Source of the DNA: Bacteroidales bacterium
GTDB taxonomy: Bacteria; Bacteroidota; Bacteroidia; Bacteroidales; GCA-2748055
Length of the DNA: 64,000 nucleotides
Assembly: GCA_040880545.1 (NCBI GenBank)
Contig: JBBDIE010000158.1
Location: 9,358-73,357 of the forward strand
Reading direction: 5' to 3'
The notes beneath the pieces are model-generated. The model was given only the letters and a program-made list of their open reading frames with translations, searched no databases and was not told the DNA's origin. The translations under genes and the position numbers were made by a program. Numbering within the stretch: the first letter of the stretch is position 1; every line of letters starts with the position of its first letter. Of the stretch, positions 46,204 through 55,877 are shown one piece after another.

Positions 46204-47391
46204 ATGAGACCCAGAATTTTATATGTGATCCTGTTGATTTTCCCGCTGGTGTTTCATGCCTGCAAGGATGAACTTACCGATCTTCAGAAAGACTCCTTCA
46301 TGAAGTTTTATGGAAGTTACCTGAATGACGCAGGCAGGGATGTAAAGGCACTTCCTTCCGGAGGTTATGCGATTACCGGGAATATTGTACCAGATTCAAT
46401 TGTTAAAATGGCACTGATCATTACAGATGAAGCAGGTAACCAGGTGGAAGGGTCTCCCTGGTTTTATGGTGGTAAATATCAGACCGGCGGTACAACATTA
46501 CTGTTGTTGGAAGACGGCTATCTTCTGGGGGGAACCCTGGTTGATACGGCCAGTGACGGGGAATTGTATACAGATATGTTTCTGGTTAAAACCGATGCCG
46601 CTGGAAATGAAGTCTGGAGCCAACGGTATGGTAATGAAGAAAGTGATCTGTTGAATCATGTGATCCATCGAAAAACCGGGGGCTTTGTTTTGGCCGGAAA
46701 AAAAACCACCAATGAAAACGAGGACCTTTGGATCGTGATGGTGGATGAAAACGGGAATAAACTTTATGATTTCACAGGAAAGGATGTTGATGACGATGAT
46801 GAGGCGAATTTCCTGATCAGTACCGGTAATGGTTATTTGTGTGCCTGTACCTATGATGATGGGTCGATGGAAGGTACCGATATATATATATTGAGCCTGA
46901 ATGAGAATTGCAGCCCGGAAGGGTCCACTGTACTGGGAACTGAAGATGATGATATTGCAAGGACAATTATCAGGTATCAGGATGGATTTGCTGTGATGGG
47001 TTATACGGAAAATACGCTTACCGGGCAGAATGATATTTCCGTCTATACCTTTTCTGTGGAGAATCATAATTTTAAAAACGTACAGAAGATGGCAACGCTG
47101 TCTGAGCTATTGGCGGACCTGACCGGAGAAGATTGTGTTGTAAATTCCAAAGGAGATATTGCCATCATAGGATCGCGTGAAGCAAATGATAACCGGGATA
47201 TGTATCTTGTAATTATTGATAGTTCCGGAAGTATTGTAGGTGAACCAGCTCTATTTGGGGGGTCGGGTAACCAGACCGGGCAGGCCATTGATAAAACTGC
47301 CGACGGAGGCTTAATTTTGACTGGTTCGAATGCGTTTGGTGGTAACACCGTGATCACCCTGGTAAAGACAGATGCCGGTGGAGCTCTATAA
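46204..47391 (+). CDS. lipoprotein with seven beta-propeller-like repeats
   Basis: The ORF-track start at 46120 overlaps the previous gene. ATG 46204 gives the lipoprotein signal MRPRILYVILLIFPLVFHAC, 1 nt after the upstream stop. Seven repeats are of the form GGYAITG...IITDEAGN, DGYLLGG...VKTDAAGNEVW, GGFVLAG...VMVDENGN, and so on. Confidence 0.65.
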   Translation: MRPRILYVILLIFPLVFHACKDELTDLQKDSFMKFYGSYLNDAGRDVKALPSGGYAITGNIVPDSIVKMALIITDEAGNQVEGSPWFYGGKYQTGGTTLLLLEDGYLLGGTLVDTASDGELYTDMFLVKTDAAGNEVWSQRYGNEESDLLNHVIHRKTGGFVLAGKKTTNENEDLWIVMVDENGNKLYDFTGKDVDDDDEANFLISTGNGYLCACTYDDGSMEGTDIYILSLNENCSPEGSTVLGTEDDDIARTIIRYQDGFAVMGYTENTLTGQNDISVYTFSVENHNFKNVQKMATLSELLADLTGEDCVVNSKGDIAIIGSREANDNRDMYLVIIDSSGSIVGEPALFGGSGNQTGQAIDKTADGGLILTGSNAFGGNTVITLVKTDAGGAL

Positions 47392-47412
47392 CAAACTGAA
47401 AATCAACTATTC

Positions 47413-50400
47413 ATGAAAACCAGGATTGTCTTAATATTTTTATTACTCATTGCTTCTGTTGGCTCATTGGTAACAGGGCAATCTGCGAATCTGACAAATC
47501 CGTTCATTGACGAAACGGATGCGCGATCCAATACCAATGTTATCATTCTGCAACTTACCGGGGATACGCTCCTTGCAGATATTGCCTCGGACGACATTGC
47601 AGCAGCAATTTTTCTTGGAGGTATGTCGGGAGGGAGTGCTGCATGGGACAGCCTGGTTGGTTCACTGAATGCAGGAAATATAACACTACTGAACAATAAC
47701 CTGACAGCACATATCAGTGTCCCTTCCAGCACTTCTTATTACATCGTTTCAGATGATACAATTACATTCACTATTCCTTCTGCTTCTCTTAAATCAGGTG
47801 GAGATTCAATTGTTGCCACTCCGGAGATCGTTATTGCGAATGAACTTTCTGCAATTTCCGGGGATGGCGGCGATTTAGCTGTAACAGCAACCGAATCGGA
47901 TATCAGGAGCAGAGACAATTCATATAGCCTGGAACTCGACAATAACCTGTGGAACAGTGATATTACGGGTTCTGCAGACCTTCTGGATACCATTAAGGGA
48001 ATGTTCAGTGGAGGTACAGTTTTTCCATCTTTGGTGGATGCTTTAACCCTGGCTGATCTGGAAATCAGCGTAGATGGAAAAATTCTTGGAATTTATTTTC
48101 GGCAGAATTTACAATATTTCATAGAAACAGATGAAGTGATCTCCGTGGAGGTTTCAAATTCACTGTTGTCATTCGAAGAATTCTTTACAGACTCTGTTCA
48201 GGAATTTACAATTACCAACGAAATTCCTTACATTTCAATTACGGCCAAAAGCCTTACTGAAGCTGAAATCAGATCCGGGTCAACAGACTTTGATATTACC
48301 CTGAACGGGGACCAATGGAGTGGCTCGTTGGGAAGTAATTTCGCTGAAGATATTGTTTCCGGAGGCAACTGGGATACCCAGATCACTCCGTTTCTGACAT
48401 TTAACAGGATCAGCGACACGGTTGTAACCGTTACAATACCTGAGACTTCCGGTTTTGATATAATTAACGAAGAAACTGTACAGGTAACTGTGTCCGCAAC
48501 AGCTCTTCAGCATACCTCAGCAGGTAGTTTTACTGCCTCTGAGGAGATGACAATTACCCCAGAGCCGGTAATCATAATTGGTTCAGCGACCTTTAACGGA
48601 GTTAACGAAGGTGATATCAGGGTAAATAGTTATACAATTACACTGACACTTTATGAGGACACCTGGCATGGCGATATTGGTGGTGATAATTCAAGGAACA
48701 GGGATCTGATCAATAGTCTCACCTTTACACCAACAGAGTCGGTTGCAGCGGGAGTGATGAAGGCAGAAATTCTGCAAGGGGGTAACGACGGCGCCGACAA
48801 TACTACAGTATCTGGAAATGTTGTGACCATTACGGTACCCGAGGTTGCAGCTTTTAATATTCAAGAAGATGTACAGGTAAGTTTTGCGGTACCATCATCT
48901 GCACTTGTCAATTCATCAACTACTGTAAATACAGGTGATTTTGCTTTCATCAGTCACATTGTACCCACCATGGAAATTTCATCAGATCCTGATCCATTAT
49001 ACGAATCGGATCTGAATAAATCAATTATAGGAGTGAAACTTTTCGAGGAAGAGTGGTTTGACAATAATCTGGATAAATCAAATTTCAACCTGATTGTAAC
49101 CCCATCAGCTGCCGGAATTTCTATCAAAAAAATTAGCAGGTTTGGTTCTGATTCATGCGAAATTGAATTGCAGTATGATGGTATTATGAGTACGAACCAC
49201 ACGATCGATCTGAGCATTAATGCTGTTGAGCTGAAGGGTTCAGATCCAATCACAGGGGCCATATCGGGGATACCCGTTATTGCACTAATTGAACCGGTTA
49301 TCCTCGATGTGGTAATTCCAGATGTACCCATGGGAATAGGAGATATTGTCACAGCGCAAATTACGGTTGATGATGACAATGATTTCGTATTTGATTCCAT
49401 TGTGGGGACCATAGCCGGAAGGGTGATGATAGAAGGGTCCCTGGTTCGGATTTCAGAGACGCTGTACACTGCTGATTTTGAGATAATAGAAGACTCTGAG
49501 CCGCAATATGCCGGGGGAGATGATATTGTTGTTGATAGTTTGCAGATGTTTAACGATACAGTGCCTGGAAATTATTATTCAGGTGTAATATCACAGAGCA
49601 ACGACCTGATCGATTCAAAACGACCTGTAATTGGGTTGGTAAGTTTCAATAACGGAAAATACAGAATTGGACAGTCATTGGTTGCAACCATACAATCGGC
49701 CGAATCGAATCTTACTTTTGATGAAAATCTGACCTCAATCAATACAATTCCACTTACCGATCCCGGAGTGGTAGCGTATAATGCAGGAAGTGGGATTTAC
49801 CAGTTAACCTATACCGTAGCAGAGGGAGATCCGGATGTTGTATCACCAGCAGCTGTACCGGTGAATATAGTGTTACGGGATGGAGTATTGAACAGCAGTC
49901 TTGTTGCAACATCCTATTCGGGTGCTGATCCGGAAATTGACGCCAACAGTCCGGTGATAACAACTGTGGATGAGACAAGCACAGGTACGCAGGTACCGGG
50001 GAATAGCATTGTACATACCATTACTGCAACAGAAAACGGTTTGTTATTGGGGAGCGGTACCACCGTGAATAATGTGGGGGTTGGATCGGGCCGGATATCT
50101 TTAGCTGTTGCTGGTGAGAACACCTATCAACTGGTCTACGAAGTTAGTGCCGATGATAGCAAGGTAAGTTCTGGTAATCTCATGGTAACACTATCTCTGG
50201 CCGATTCTGCTGGTAATGAGACTGTTTTTGGTGGAACTATTACAAACAAGGATCTTTCAATCGTTACTTCATCGCCGACTGCTGATATGTATGGAGGAGG
50301 AACGATTTGTGCAGAAGATTCAGCTGAAATTTTAATAGCTATTTCAGGAGGAACACCTCCTTATCATGTTACGTTGTATGAAGATGGGGCATTATTCAAT

Positions 50401-53400
50401 AGCTATGTTGATGTGGGAACGCAGTTGACTGTGAAAGTTGCTCCGCTGGATGACACCCGCTATGTCATACATAGAATCAGTGATGCAATGAACGTCATTA
50501 CATTTGGTGCTGATTCTGTTGATATTCAGGTGAACCCTCTTCCAACTGCTGCGTTTTCTCCAACTATCAGAACTATATTCTCTGTGGATGGTGGTGGAGC
50601 TTACCAACTTCCGGCAACGCCCATAGGCGGAGTTTTCAGTGGTCCCGGAGTGGTCCCGGCGGAAGGACGTTTTTATCCGGGTATTGCAGGTGTATCGGAT
50701 TCACTTGGACATGAAATTGTATATACCTATAAGGAAAGCACGACTGGATGTATTGGCACTGACACCGTTATTTTCACAGTTTTGAATACCAGTGGAGAAT
50801 TAACCATCGACTTCCCGGATGTCAGCAGGGAAGGGATTATCTGTTATGACGATGGTATGTTCAGAATTACTGGTAACAATGTGGCTGATCCGCCGGTCAT
50901 AGGCAGTTTTAATTTATACAGGGTAGACAGGGCCGGTGATGTGGCTGTACCGGAAGCCATTATAGATGAGGATCCTGATGATAACATGGCCTTTATTGAT
51001 CCATCAAAACTGGTAAATGAGTCGGTCGGCTACAGGGTCGAATATGAATTTCTGTGGGAAGGCTCGGTTGTGGTTATTGAGAGACCCCTGATATTTGATT
51101 ATGTCAATGAGATTGTTTTCAGTAAAACGATCCCCGTTACTGTATGTAAAGATGAATCAGCGGTTGCACTGGAGGCATCACCTAATATAGATGGCACCTT
51201 CAACTTTTCTGGTCCGGGAATTCTGGGTAATGAAGTGGTTGGATTCACCTTTGAACCGGATTCCGGTGATATTGGATTAAATACATTCATCTATCAATAC
51301 ACATCTGATATGGGGTGCACCAGGTCGGCCGGGTTGGAAATAACTAATTTTGATGTACCCGTTGTCGTATTCACACCGCAGGATGTGTGCATACCCCCGG
51401 TTGATGCACAAACAGGTGAGGGAGGAGGTCCGATTACCTTTACCAATGAAACTACCCAGGCCGGACTTGTGTCCAGGTGGATGTGGGAATTCGGTGATAT
51501 CAATAGCGGATCAGGCAATTTCGATACCATCCCCGGTAACGGATCCGCAATTGATGTTGTTCATGATTATACCGCACCCGGAAACAGGAGTGTTTTGCTG
51601 AAAATCGAAACATACGAAGGTTGCGACGCATCACTAAGCAGATTAATTGAATTTACCGACAAGCCCGATGCCGACTTTAAGGCAGTAAGTGATTGCTGGA
51701 TTCCCGGAGAGCCAATAGAATTCAGGAATTATTCTGTATCTCAAAAAAAGTGGGAGACCTTCACCTGGACCATCAGAAACGATTTGATGACATGGGATAC
51801 GACCGTTATAACAACGGTAGTGGATTCCTTAGCCAGGATATACTTTAATAACAGCGATGACACATATGAGATTGCATTGGAGGTGAAAAATATTGCGGGA
51901 GAAAATCTGAACTGTTATGACACCAAAGTCGACAAAGACTTTATTTTAAAACCTACCCACCGGTTTATCGAGAATGAAGGAGCGAGATTTATGACCTTCG
52001 ATGATAGCGGGGAGAAATGGACCACAGATTCTACAACCAATTTTTCAAGCTGGGAGTGGGGTCTGCCCAATTTCGAAGGCTTTGTTGCCCCACCCAATGA
52101 CAATGCATGGTTTACTTTGAGGGACAAGGGTGCTAGTGGTGAGCGTTCATGGATTCAGAGTGAATGTTTTGATTTCAGAAACCTGGAAAAACCCATGATC
52201 AGAATGGATGTAATGCGGAGTTTTGACAGGAACAGGGGAGGAGCCGTATTGCAATATTCCCTGAATAACGGAACAAACTGGCAGACCCTGGGAAATATCG
52301 GGGAGGGCATCAACTGGTACAATTCGTTTGAGATAATCAACAGACCCGGGGGAGGCAGAAGTGGCTCGGGTAGTTCCATAGGTTGGTCCGGAGAAAATAT
52401 ATTCAATCCTGATACTTCCTGGATTACAGTAGCTCATGATTTGGATGACCTGCTGGATGAGCGCCTGGTAATTTTTGGAATATTTTATGCTACTGATGGA
52501 GCCTCTGCATTAGATCCACCACCCCAGGGTTTTGCAGTGGACAATATTTATATTGGAGAAAGGACGAAAAGAGGAATTGTGGAGCATTTTACAAACGCCT
52601 ACGACCAGGCATCCTTTGACGCCGATCAGAAAATCAATAACTTCGTTACAGCAAATAATCTGGATGTGACCAGTGTGCAGTACCATATGCATTATCCCGG
52701 TGATATATCTGATCCAATGAATGAAAATAATCCTGCACCTGCATCGGCACGCTCATTTTACTATGGAGTGAATCAGGTGCCCTATGCCTTGTTGGACGGA
52801 GGAATCAATGCTGAATATAAGTATAATTTTGTACCTGCCGGACCGACGATCACACAGTTAAAAAGGCTTACCCTGGAAAAACCACTTTTCCAGCTTGACC
52901 TGAAGTTTCAACTACACAGTAATCATTTGTCGACCACCATTACTACAGCAGCACTTGCAGATATTGAGCACAGCGATATTGTGTTGAACACTGCAGTTGT
53001 TGAGAAATCGGTTTTTGCTTCCGGTGTGAATGGTGATACGGAGTATCGAAATGTGGTACTTGATATGCTTCCTTCATCTGGCGGACATATGTTTTCAAGA
53101 TCATGGACAACAGGTGATACACAGGAAGAACAGTTTACCTGGACCTACAAGCATGTTGGCGACTATGATGAGTTGATGCTGGTAGCCTTCCTGCAGGATC
53201 GGGAGACTGACAAAATTCTACAGGTAGTAACTGGTGAAGAATCGGTTTACCCGATGAATATTGTTCATAACAAGGCCAGTGAATTACGCCTTTATCCCAA
53301 TCCGGCACGATCGGTATTGTTCATCGAAAATGCAAATGCTGCGGAATCTGCTGGTTCAGTTGTGATCAGCGATATGACGGGCAGGATTGTAACATTGAAA

Positions 53401-53526
53401 GAGATTGCCGCCGGCGAACAGAAAATAGAGATCAATACCATGGAACTTTCAGAAGGTACATATATTGTCAACTGGAAAGTAAATGGAATAGTTCTGGGAA
53501 GAAGCAGTTTTATAAAACTAAGGTAA
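47413..53526 (+). CDS. 2037-aa secreted multidomain surface protein, T9SS cargo
   Basis: Signal peptide. Five N-terminal ~110-aa repeat modules. PKD-like domain (WMWEFGD, ~51400-51660). C-terminal T9SS type-A sorting domain (LRLYPNPA...GTYIVNWKVNG). Confidence 0.85.
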   Translation: MKTRIVLIFLLLIASVGSLVTGQSANLTNPFIDETDARSNTNVIILQLTGDTLLADIASDDIAAAIFLGGMSGGSAAWDSLVGSLNAGNITLLNNNLTAHISVPSSTSYYIVSDDTITFTIPSASLKSGGDSIVATPEIVIANELSAISGDGGDLAVTATESDIRSRDNSYSLELDNNLWNSDITGSADLLDTIKGMFSGGTVFPSLVDALTLADLEISVDGKILGIYFRQNLQYFIETDEVISVEVSNSLLSFEEFFTDSVQEFTITNEIPYISITAKSLTEAEIRSGSTDFDITLNGDQWSGSLGSNFAEDIVSGGNWDTQITPFLTFNRISDTVVTVTIPETSGFDIINEETVQVTVSATALQHTSAGSFTASEEMTITPEPVIIIGSATFNGVNEGDIRVNSYTITLTLYEDTWHGDIGGDNSRNRDLINSLTFTPTESVAAGVMKAEILQGGNDGADNTTVSGNVVTITVPEVAAFNIQEDVQVSFAVPSSALVNSSTTVNTGDFAFISHIVPTMEISSDPDPLYESDLNKSIIGVKLFEEEWFDNNLDKSNFNLIVTPSAAGISIKKISRFGSDSCEIELQYDGIMSTNHTIDLSINAVELKGSDPITGAISGIPVIALIEPVILDVVIPDVPMGIGDIVTAQITVDDDNDFVFDSIVGTIAGRVMIEGSLVRISETLYTADFEIIEDSEPQYAGGDDIVVDSLQMFNDTVPGNYYSGVISQSNDLIDSKRPVIGLVSFNNGKYRIGQSLVATIQSAESNLTFDENLTSINTIPLTDPGVVAYNAGSGIYQLTYTVAEGDPDVVSPAAVPVNIVLRDGVLNSSLVATSYSGADPEIDANSPVITTVDETSTGTQVPGNSIVHTITATENGLLLGSGTTVNNVGVGSGRISLAVAGENTYQLVYEVSADDSKVSSGNLMVTLSLADSAGNETVFGGTITNKDLSIVTSSPTADMYGGGTICAEDSAEILIAISGGTPPYHVTLYEDGALFNSYVDVGTQLTVKVAPLDDTRYVIHRISDAMNVITFGADSVDIQVNPLPTAAFSPTIRTIFSVDGGGAYQLPATPIGGVFSGPGVVPAEGRFYPGIAGVSDSLGHEIVYTYKESTTGCIGTDTVIFTVLNTSGELTIDFPDVSREGIICYDDGMFRITGNNVADPPVIGSFNLYRVDRAGDVAVPEAIIDEDPDDNMAFIDPSKLVNESVGYRVEYEFLWEGSVVVIERPLIFDYVNEIVFSKTIPVTVCKDESAVALEASPNIDGTFNFSGPGILGNEVVGFTFEPDSGDIGLNTFIYQYTSDMGCTRSAGLEITNFDVPVVVFTPQDVCIPPVDAQTGEGGGPITFTNETTQAGLVSRWMWEFGDINSGSGNFDTIPGNGSAIDVVHDYTAPGNRSVLLKIETYEGCDASLSRLIEFTDKPDADFKAVSDCWIPGEPIEFRNYSVSQKKWETFTWTIRNDLMTWDTTVITTVVDSLARIYFNNSDDTYEIALEVKNIAGENLNCYDTKVDKDFILKPTHRFIENEGARFMTFDDSGEKWTTDSTTNFSSWEWGLPNFEGFVAPPNDNAWFTLRDKGASGERSWIQSECFDFRNLEKPMIRMDVMRSFDRNRGGAVLQYSLNNGTNWQTLGNIGEGINWYNSFEIINRPGGGRSGSGSSIGWSGENIFNPDTSWITVAHDLDDLLDERLVIFGIFYATDGASALDPPPQGFAVDNIYIGERTKRGIVEHFTNAYDQASFDADQKINNFVTANNLDVTSVQYHMHYPGDISDPMNENNPAPASARSFYYGVNQVPYALLDGGINAEYKYNFVPAGPTITQLKRLTLEKPLFQLDLKFQLHSNHLSTTITTAALADIEHSDIVLNTAVVEKSVFASGVNGDTEYRNVVLDMLPSSGGHMFSRSWTTGDTQEEQFTWTYKHVGDYDELMLVAFLQDRETDKILQVVTGEESVYPMNIVHNKASELRLYPNPARSVLFIENANAAESAGSVVISDMTGRIVTLKEIAAGEQKIEINTMELSEGTYIVNWKVNGIVLGRSSFIKLR
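53281..53523 (+). other. T9SS C-terminal sorting domain (type A) of the 2037-aa protein
   Basis: ELRLYPNPARSVLFIEN...ISDMTGRIV...LSEGTYIVNWKVNGIVLGRSSFIKLR matches the Por secretion-system CTD pattern. Confidence 0.85.
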
Positions 53527-53531
53527 CGGGA

Positions 53532-54743
53532 TCATGCTTGCTGGTTGATCATCTCACCCAGTTTCCTGCCGAAAGCTAATATTTCTTCAGCCTTTTCTCC
53601 ATCGGGATAGAACTTGGAGGAGAGGCTGTTTTTTACATCCAGTTTCAAATTTACCAGGTGATCTTCAATTAACTTTACCGCTTCACCACTCCAGCCATAG
53701 GAACCAAAGACAGCAGCAGGCTTACCCTTGTCGCGGATGGGATTGATCACTGAGAACAGTTTATAAACCGGCAATAAGGTATTCTGGTTGATGGTTGGTG
53801 ATCCTACAACCAGCGCATCGGCGCGCACCATTTTTTCTTCAAGCTCTCCCAGGAGAATGTTTTCAATGTCAACCAGATCAATATCAAAGTTACCACTTAA
53901 TTGTAGGCCTTCAGCAATTTTCACACCCATTTCACGGGTATAGCCATAGGCTGAAATATAAGCAATCAGTATCCTGTTCTGCTTCACCGTGTTCTCCAGA
54001 TAGACATCGGCTAACTCCCTGGAACTGTCGATAATCTTTTTCCAGGTGGATCTGAGGATCGGGCCATGCCCCGGGCAAATACAGTTAATGTCCAGCCCTT
54101 CTATTTTATCAATGGCCTTGCGCATAAATTTGCTGTAAGGTTTCAATATTACATCAAAGTAATATGTAAAGGCTTCTGAATAATCACCCACCAGGTCATC
54201 GAACATTTTGGGGTCGGCATAATGGGCTCCGAAAGAATCACATGTAAAGAGCAATTTTTCCTCTTCAAGGTAAGCATAGATAGTATCGGGCCAGTGCAGG
54301 TTAGGTGCACCAATGATTTTTATGGTCATGTTCCCCAGATCCAGAATATCACCATCTTTCACTTTTTTCCACTTAAATGGTCGACCGACCATTTCTGTCA
54401 GGTAGTTGATGGCTTGTCCGCTTCCAATAACAGTCGCCTCCGGAGCCAGTTCCAAAATATATTTCAGGGAACCGGAATGGTCCGGTTCAGTATGTGTACA
54501 GAGAATATATTCAATTTGTGAAGGGTCTGTAATGGATTTAAGTTTCTCCAGATACGTTTCATAGAAACTCTCTTTTACCGTATCAATAAGCAACTTTTTT
54601 TCCGCATCAATAAAATAAGAATTGTAAGTCGTTCCGAATTTGGTCTCCATCACTATATCAAAAGTGATGATATCTTTATCCAGTACCCCTGCCCAGGTCA
54701 CATGATCTGATACCTTAAGCGTTTTGTTGTCATTCATTTTCAT
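53532..54743 (-). CDS. fprA: flavodiiron protein (A-type flavoprotein, FprA family)
   Basis: 403 aa. Metallo-beta-lactamase-like di-iron motif HTEPDHSG and a C-terminal flavodoxin-like domain (AYISAYGYT..., FGSYGWSGEA). Confidence 0.85.
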   Translation of the reverse strand: MKMNDNKTLKVSDHVTWAGVLDKDIITFDIVMETKFGTTYNSYFIDAEKKLLIDTVKESFYETYLEKLKSITDPSQIEYILCTHTEPDHSGSLKYILELAPEATVIGSGQAINYLTEMVGRPFKWKKVKDGDILDLGNMTIKIIGAPNLHWPDTIYAYLEEEKLLFTCDSFGAHYADPKMFDDLVGDYSEAFTYYFDVILKPYSKFMRKAIDKIEGLDINCICPGHGPILRSTWKKIIDSSRELADVYLENTVKQNRILIAYISAYGYTREMGVKIAEGLQLSGNFDIDLVDIENILLGELEEKMVRADALVVGSPTINQNTLLPVYKLFSVINPIRDKGKPAAVFGSYGWSGEAVKLIEDHLVNLKLDVKNSLSSKFYPDGEKAEEILAFGRKLGEMINQQA

Positions 54744-54756
54744 CTCATATTTCCAC

Positions 54757-54764
54757 CAAAGATA
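54757..54764 (-). promoter_or_regulatory. candidate -7 promoter box (TATCTTTG) for fprA
   Basis: Exact TAnnTTTG match on the minus strand 13 nt upstream of the ATG, which implies a very short leader. Confidence 0.35.
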
Positions 54765-54793
54765 AAAAGGATTGGACAGCTTGTAGCTTAACG

Positions 54794-54832
54794 AAATAAA
54801 AAAAAGCTGCTCCGAATGAACGGAACAGCTTT
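54794..54832 (-). terminator. rho-independent terminator of the small Cys/Lys-repeat gene
   Basis: On the minus strand, AAAGCUGUUCCG / CGGAGCAGCUUU forms a 12-bp stem (one G-U pair) with a 6-nt loop, followed by a U-rich tail (A-run 54798-54805 on the plus strand). Confidence 0.75.
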
Positions 54833-54884
54833 AAAACTCACAATCTGACTGTAACGGATCTAACTAAACTTTTTTTGTCAGGAG

Positions 54885-55118
54885 TTATTTTTTTTCGTCA
54901 CACGCTTTTTTGGCGGTTTTGTCGCATTCGCTTTTTTTAGCATCTGTGCACTCACTTTTCTTAGCATCTGTACACTCGCTAGATTTTTTCTCAGCTTTCT
55001 TAGGATCTTTATCTGCAAGTTCAATTGCTACTACAGCATCATTACTTTGTGCGAATGCTGTTGCACTCATTCCACCCATAAATGCTACGATCGCTAAAAC
55101 TGCTATTAATTTCTTCAT
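54885..55118 (-). CDS. small secreted Lys-rich protein with period-8 Cys repeats
   Basis: 77 aa. Signal peptide MKKLIAVLAIVAFMGGMSATAFA. C-terminal repeats are KKSECTDA KKSECTDA KKSECDKTA KKACDEKK. It has its own terminator. Confidence 0.6.
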   Translation of the reverse strand: MKKLIAVLAIVAFMGGMSATAFAQSNDAVVAIELADKDPKKAEKKSSECTDAKKSECTDAKKSECDKTAKKACDEKK

Positions 55119-55217
55119 GATTCTTAATTTTAGTATGTGTGATTAATTGGGTGCAATATACGGTAAACAGAAACCAATACCTGTTAAATGGATGTTAAAA
55201 AAGGATGTTAAAGTATT

Positions 55218-55877
55218 TTAATTTCCCATACGGGCAATGACGGTAACACCCCCTTTGATTTTTTCATTCAGGTACACATTTACCGGGGAATCAGCGGGCA
55301 GATATACATCGAGTCTTGAGCCAAACCTGATGAATCCCATTTCCTCAGCCTGGTTCACATTTTGCGCCAGGTTGGCTCTGCAGATGATCCTTCGTGCCAC
55401 ATAGCCGGCTATCTGTCTGATGAGGATTTCCTGATTCTGGTTTTTTACCACGACTGTTGTTCGTTCGTTTAATTCCGAAGATTTTGGATGTCTGGCCACC
55501 AGGTATTTTCCCGGATGGTATTTGTAGTAACTGATTTCTCCTGAAACGGGGAACCAGTTAATGTGGACATCATAGATGCTCATGAATATGGAAACCAGGG
55601 TACGTTGATCCTTAAAATATTCTGATTCTGTTACCTGTTCAATGGCTACTACTTTTCCGTCGGCCGGGGCGAGTACGGCTTCGGGGTCCTGAACAAATTC
55701 TCTTTCAGGAACCCTGAAAAACCTGGTAACAAGTAACCACAAGGTGATGAGACCGATTGTAACAGGAATTAGTAGAAACCATACAAAAATGAATACAGCC
55801 AAAACCAGCATGATGATGATGAAAATGGTGGTAGTGGTGATAACTCCTTTTCCTTCTTTATGAATCCTGAGCTTCAT
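55218..55877 (-). CDS. psd: phosphatidylserine decarboxylase proenzyme
   Basis: 219 aa. N-terminal TM helices. FGSRLDVY self-cleavage-site context. ATGA overlap with cdsA. Confidence 0.85.
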   Translation of the reverse strand: MKLRIHKEGKGVITTTTIFIIIMLVLAVFIFVWFLLIPVTIGLITLWLLVTRFFRVPEREFVQDPEAVLAPADGKVVAIEQVTESEYFKDQRTLVSIFMSIYDVHINWFPVSGEISYYKYHPGKYLVARHPKSSELNERTTVVVKNQNQEILIRQIAGYVARRIICRANLAQNVNQAEEMGFIRFGSRLDVYLPADSPVNVYLNEKIKGGVTVIARMGN

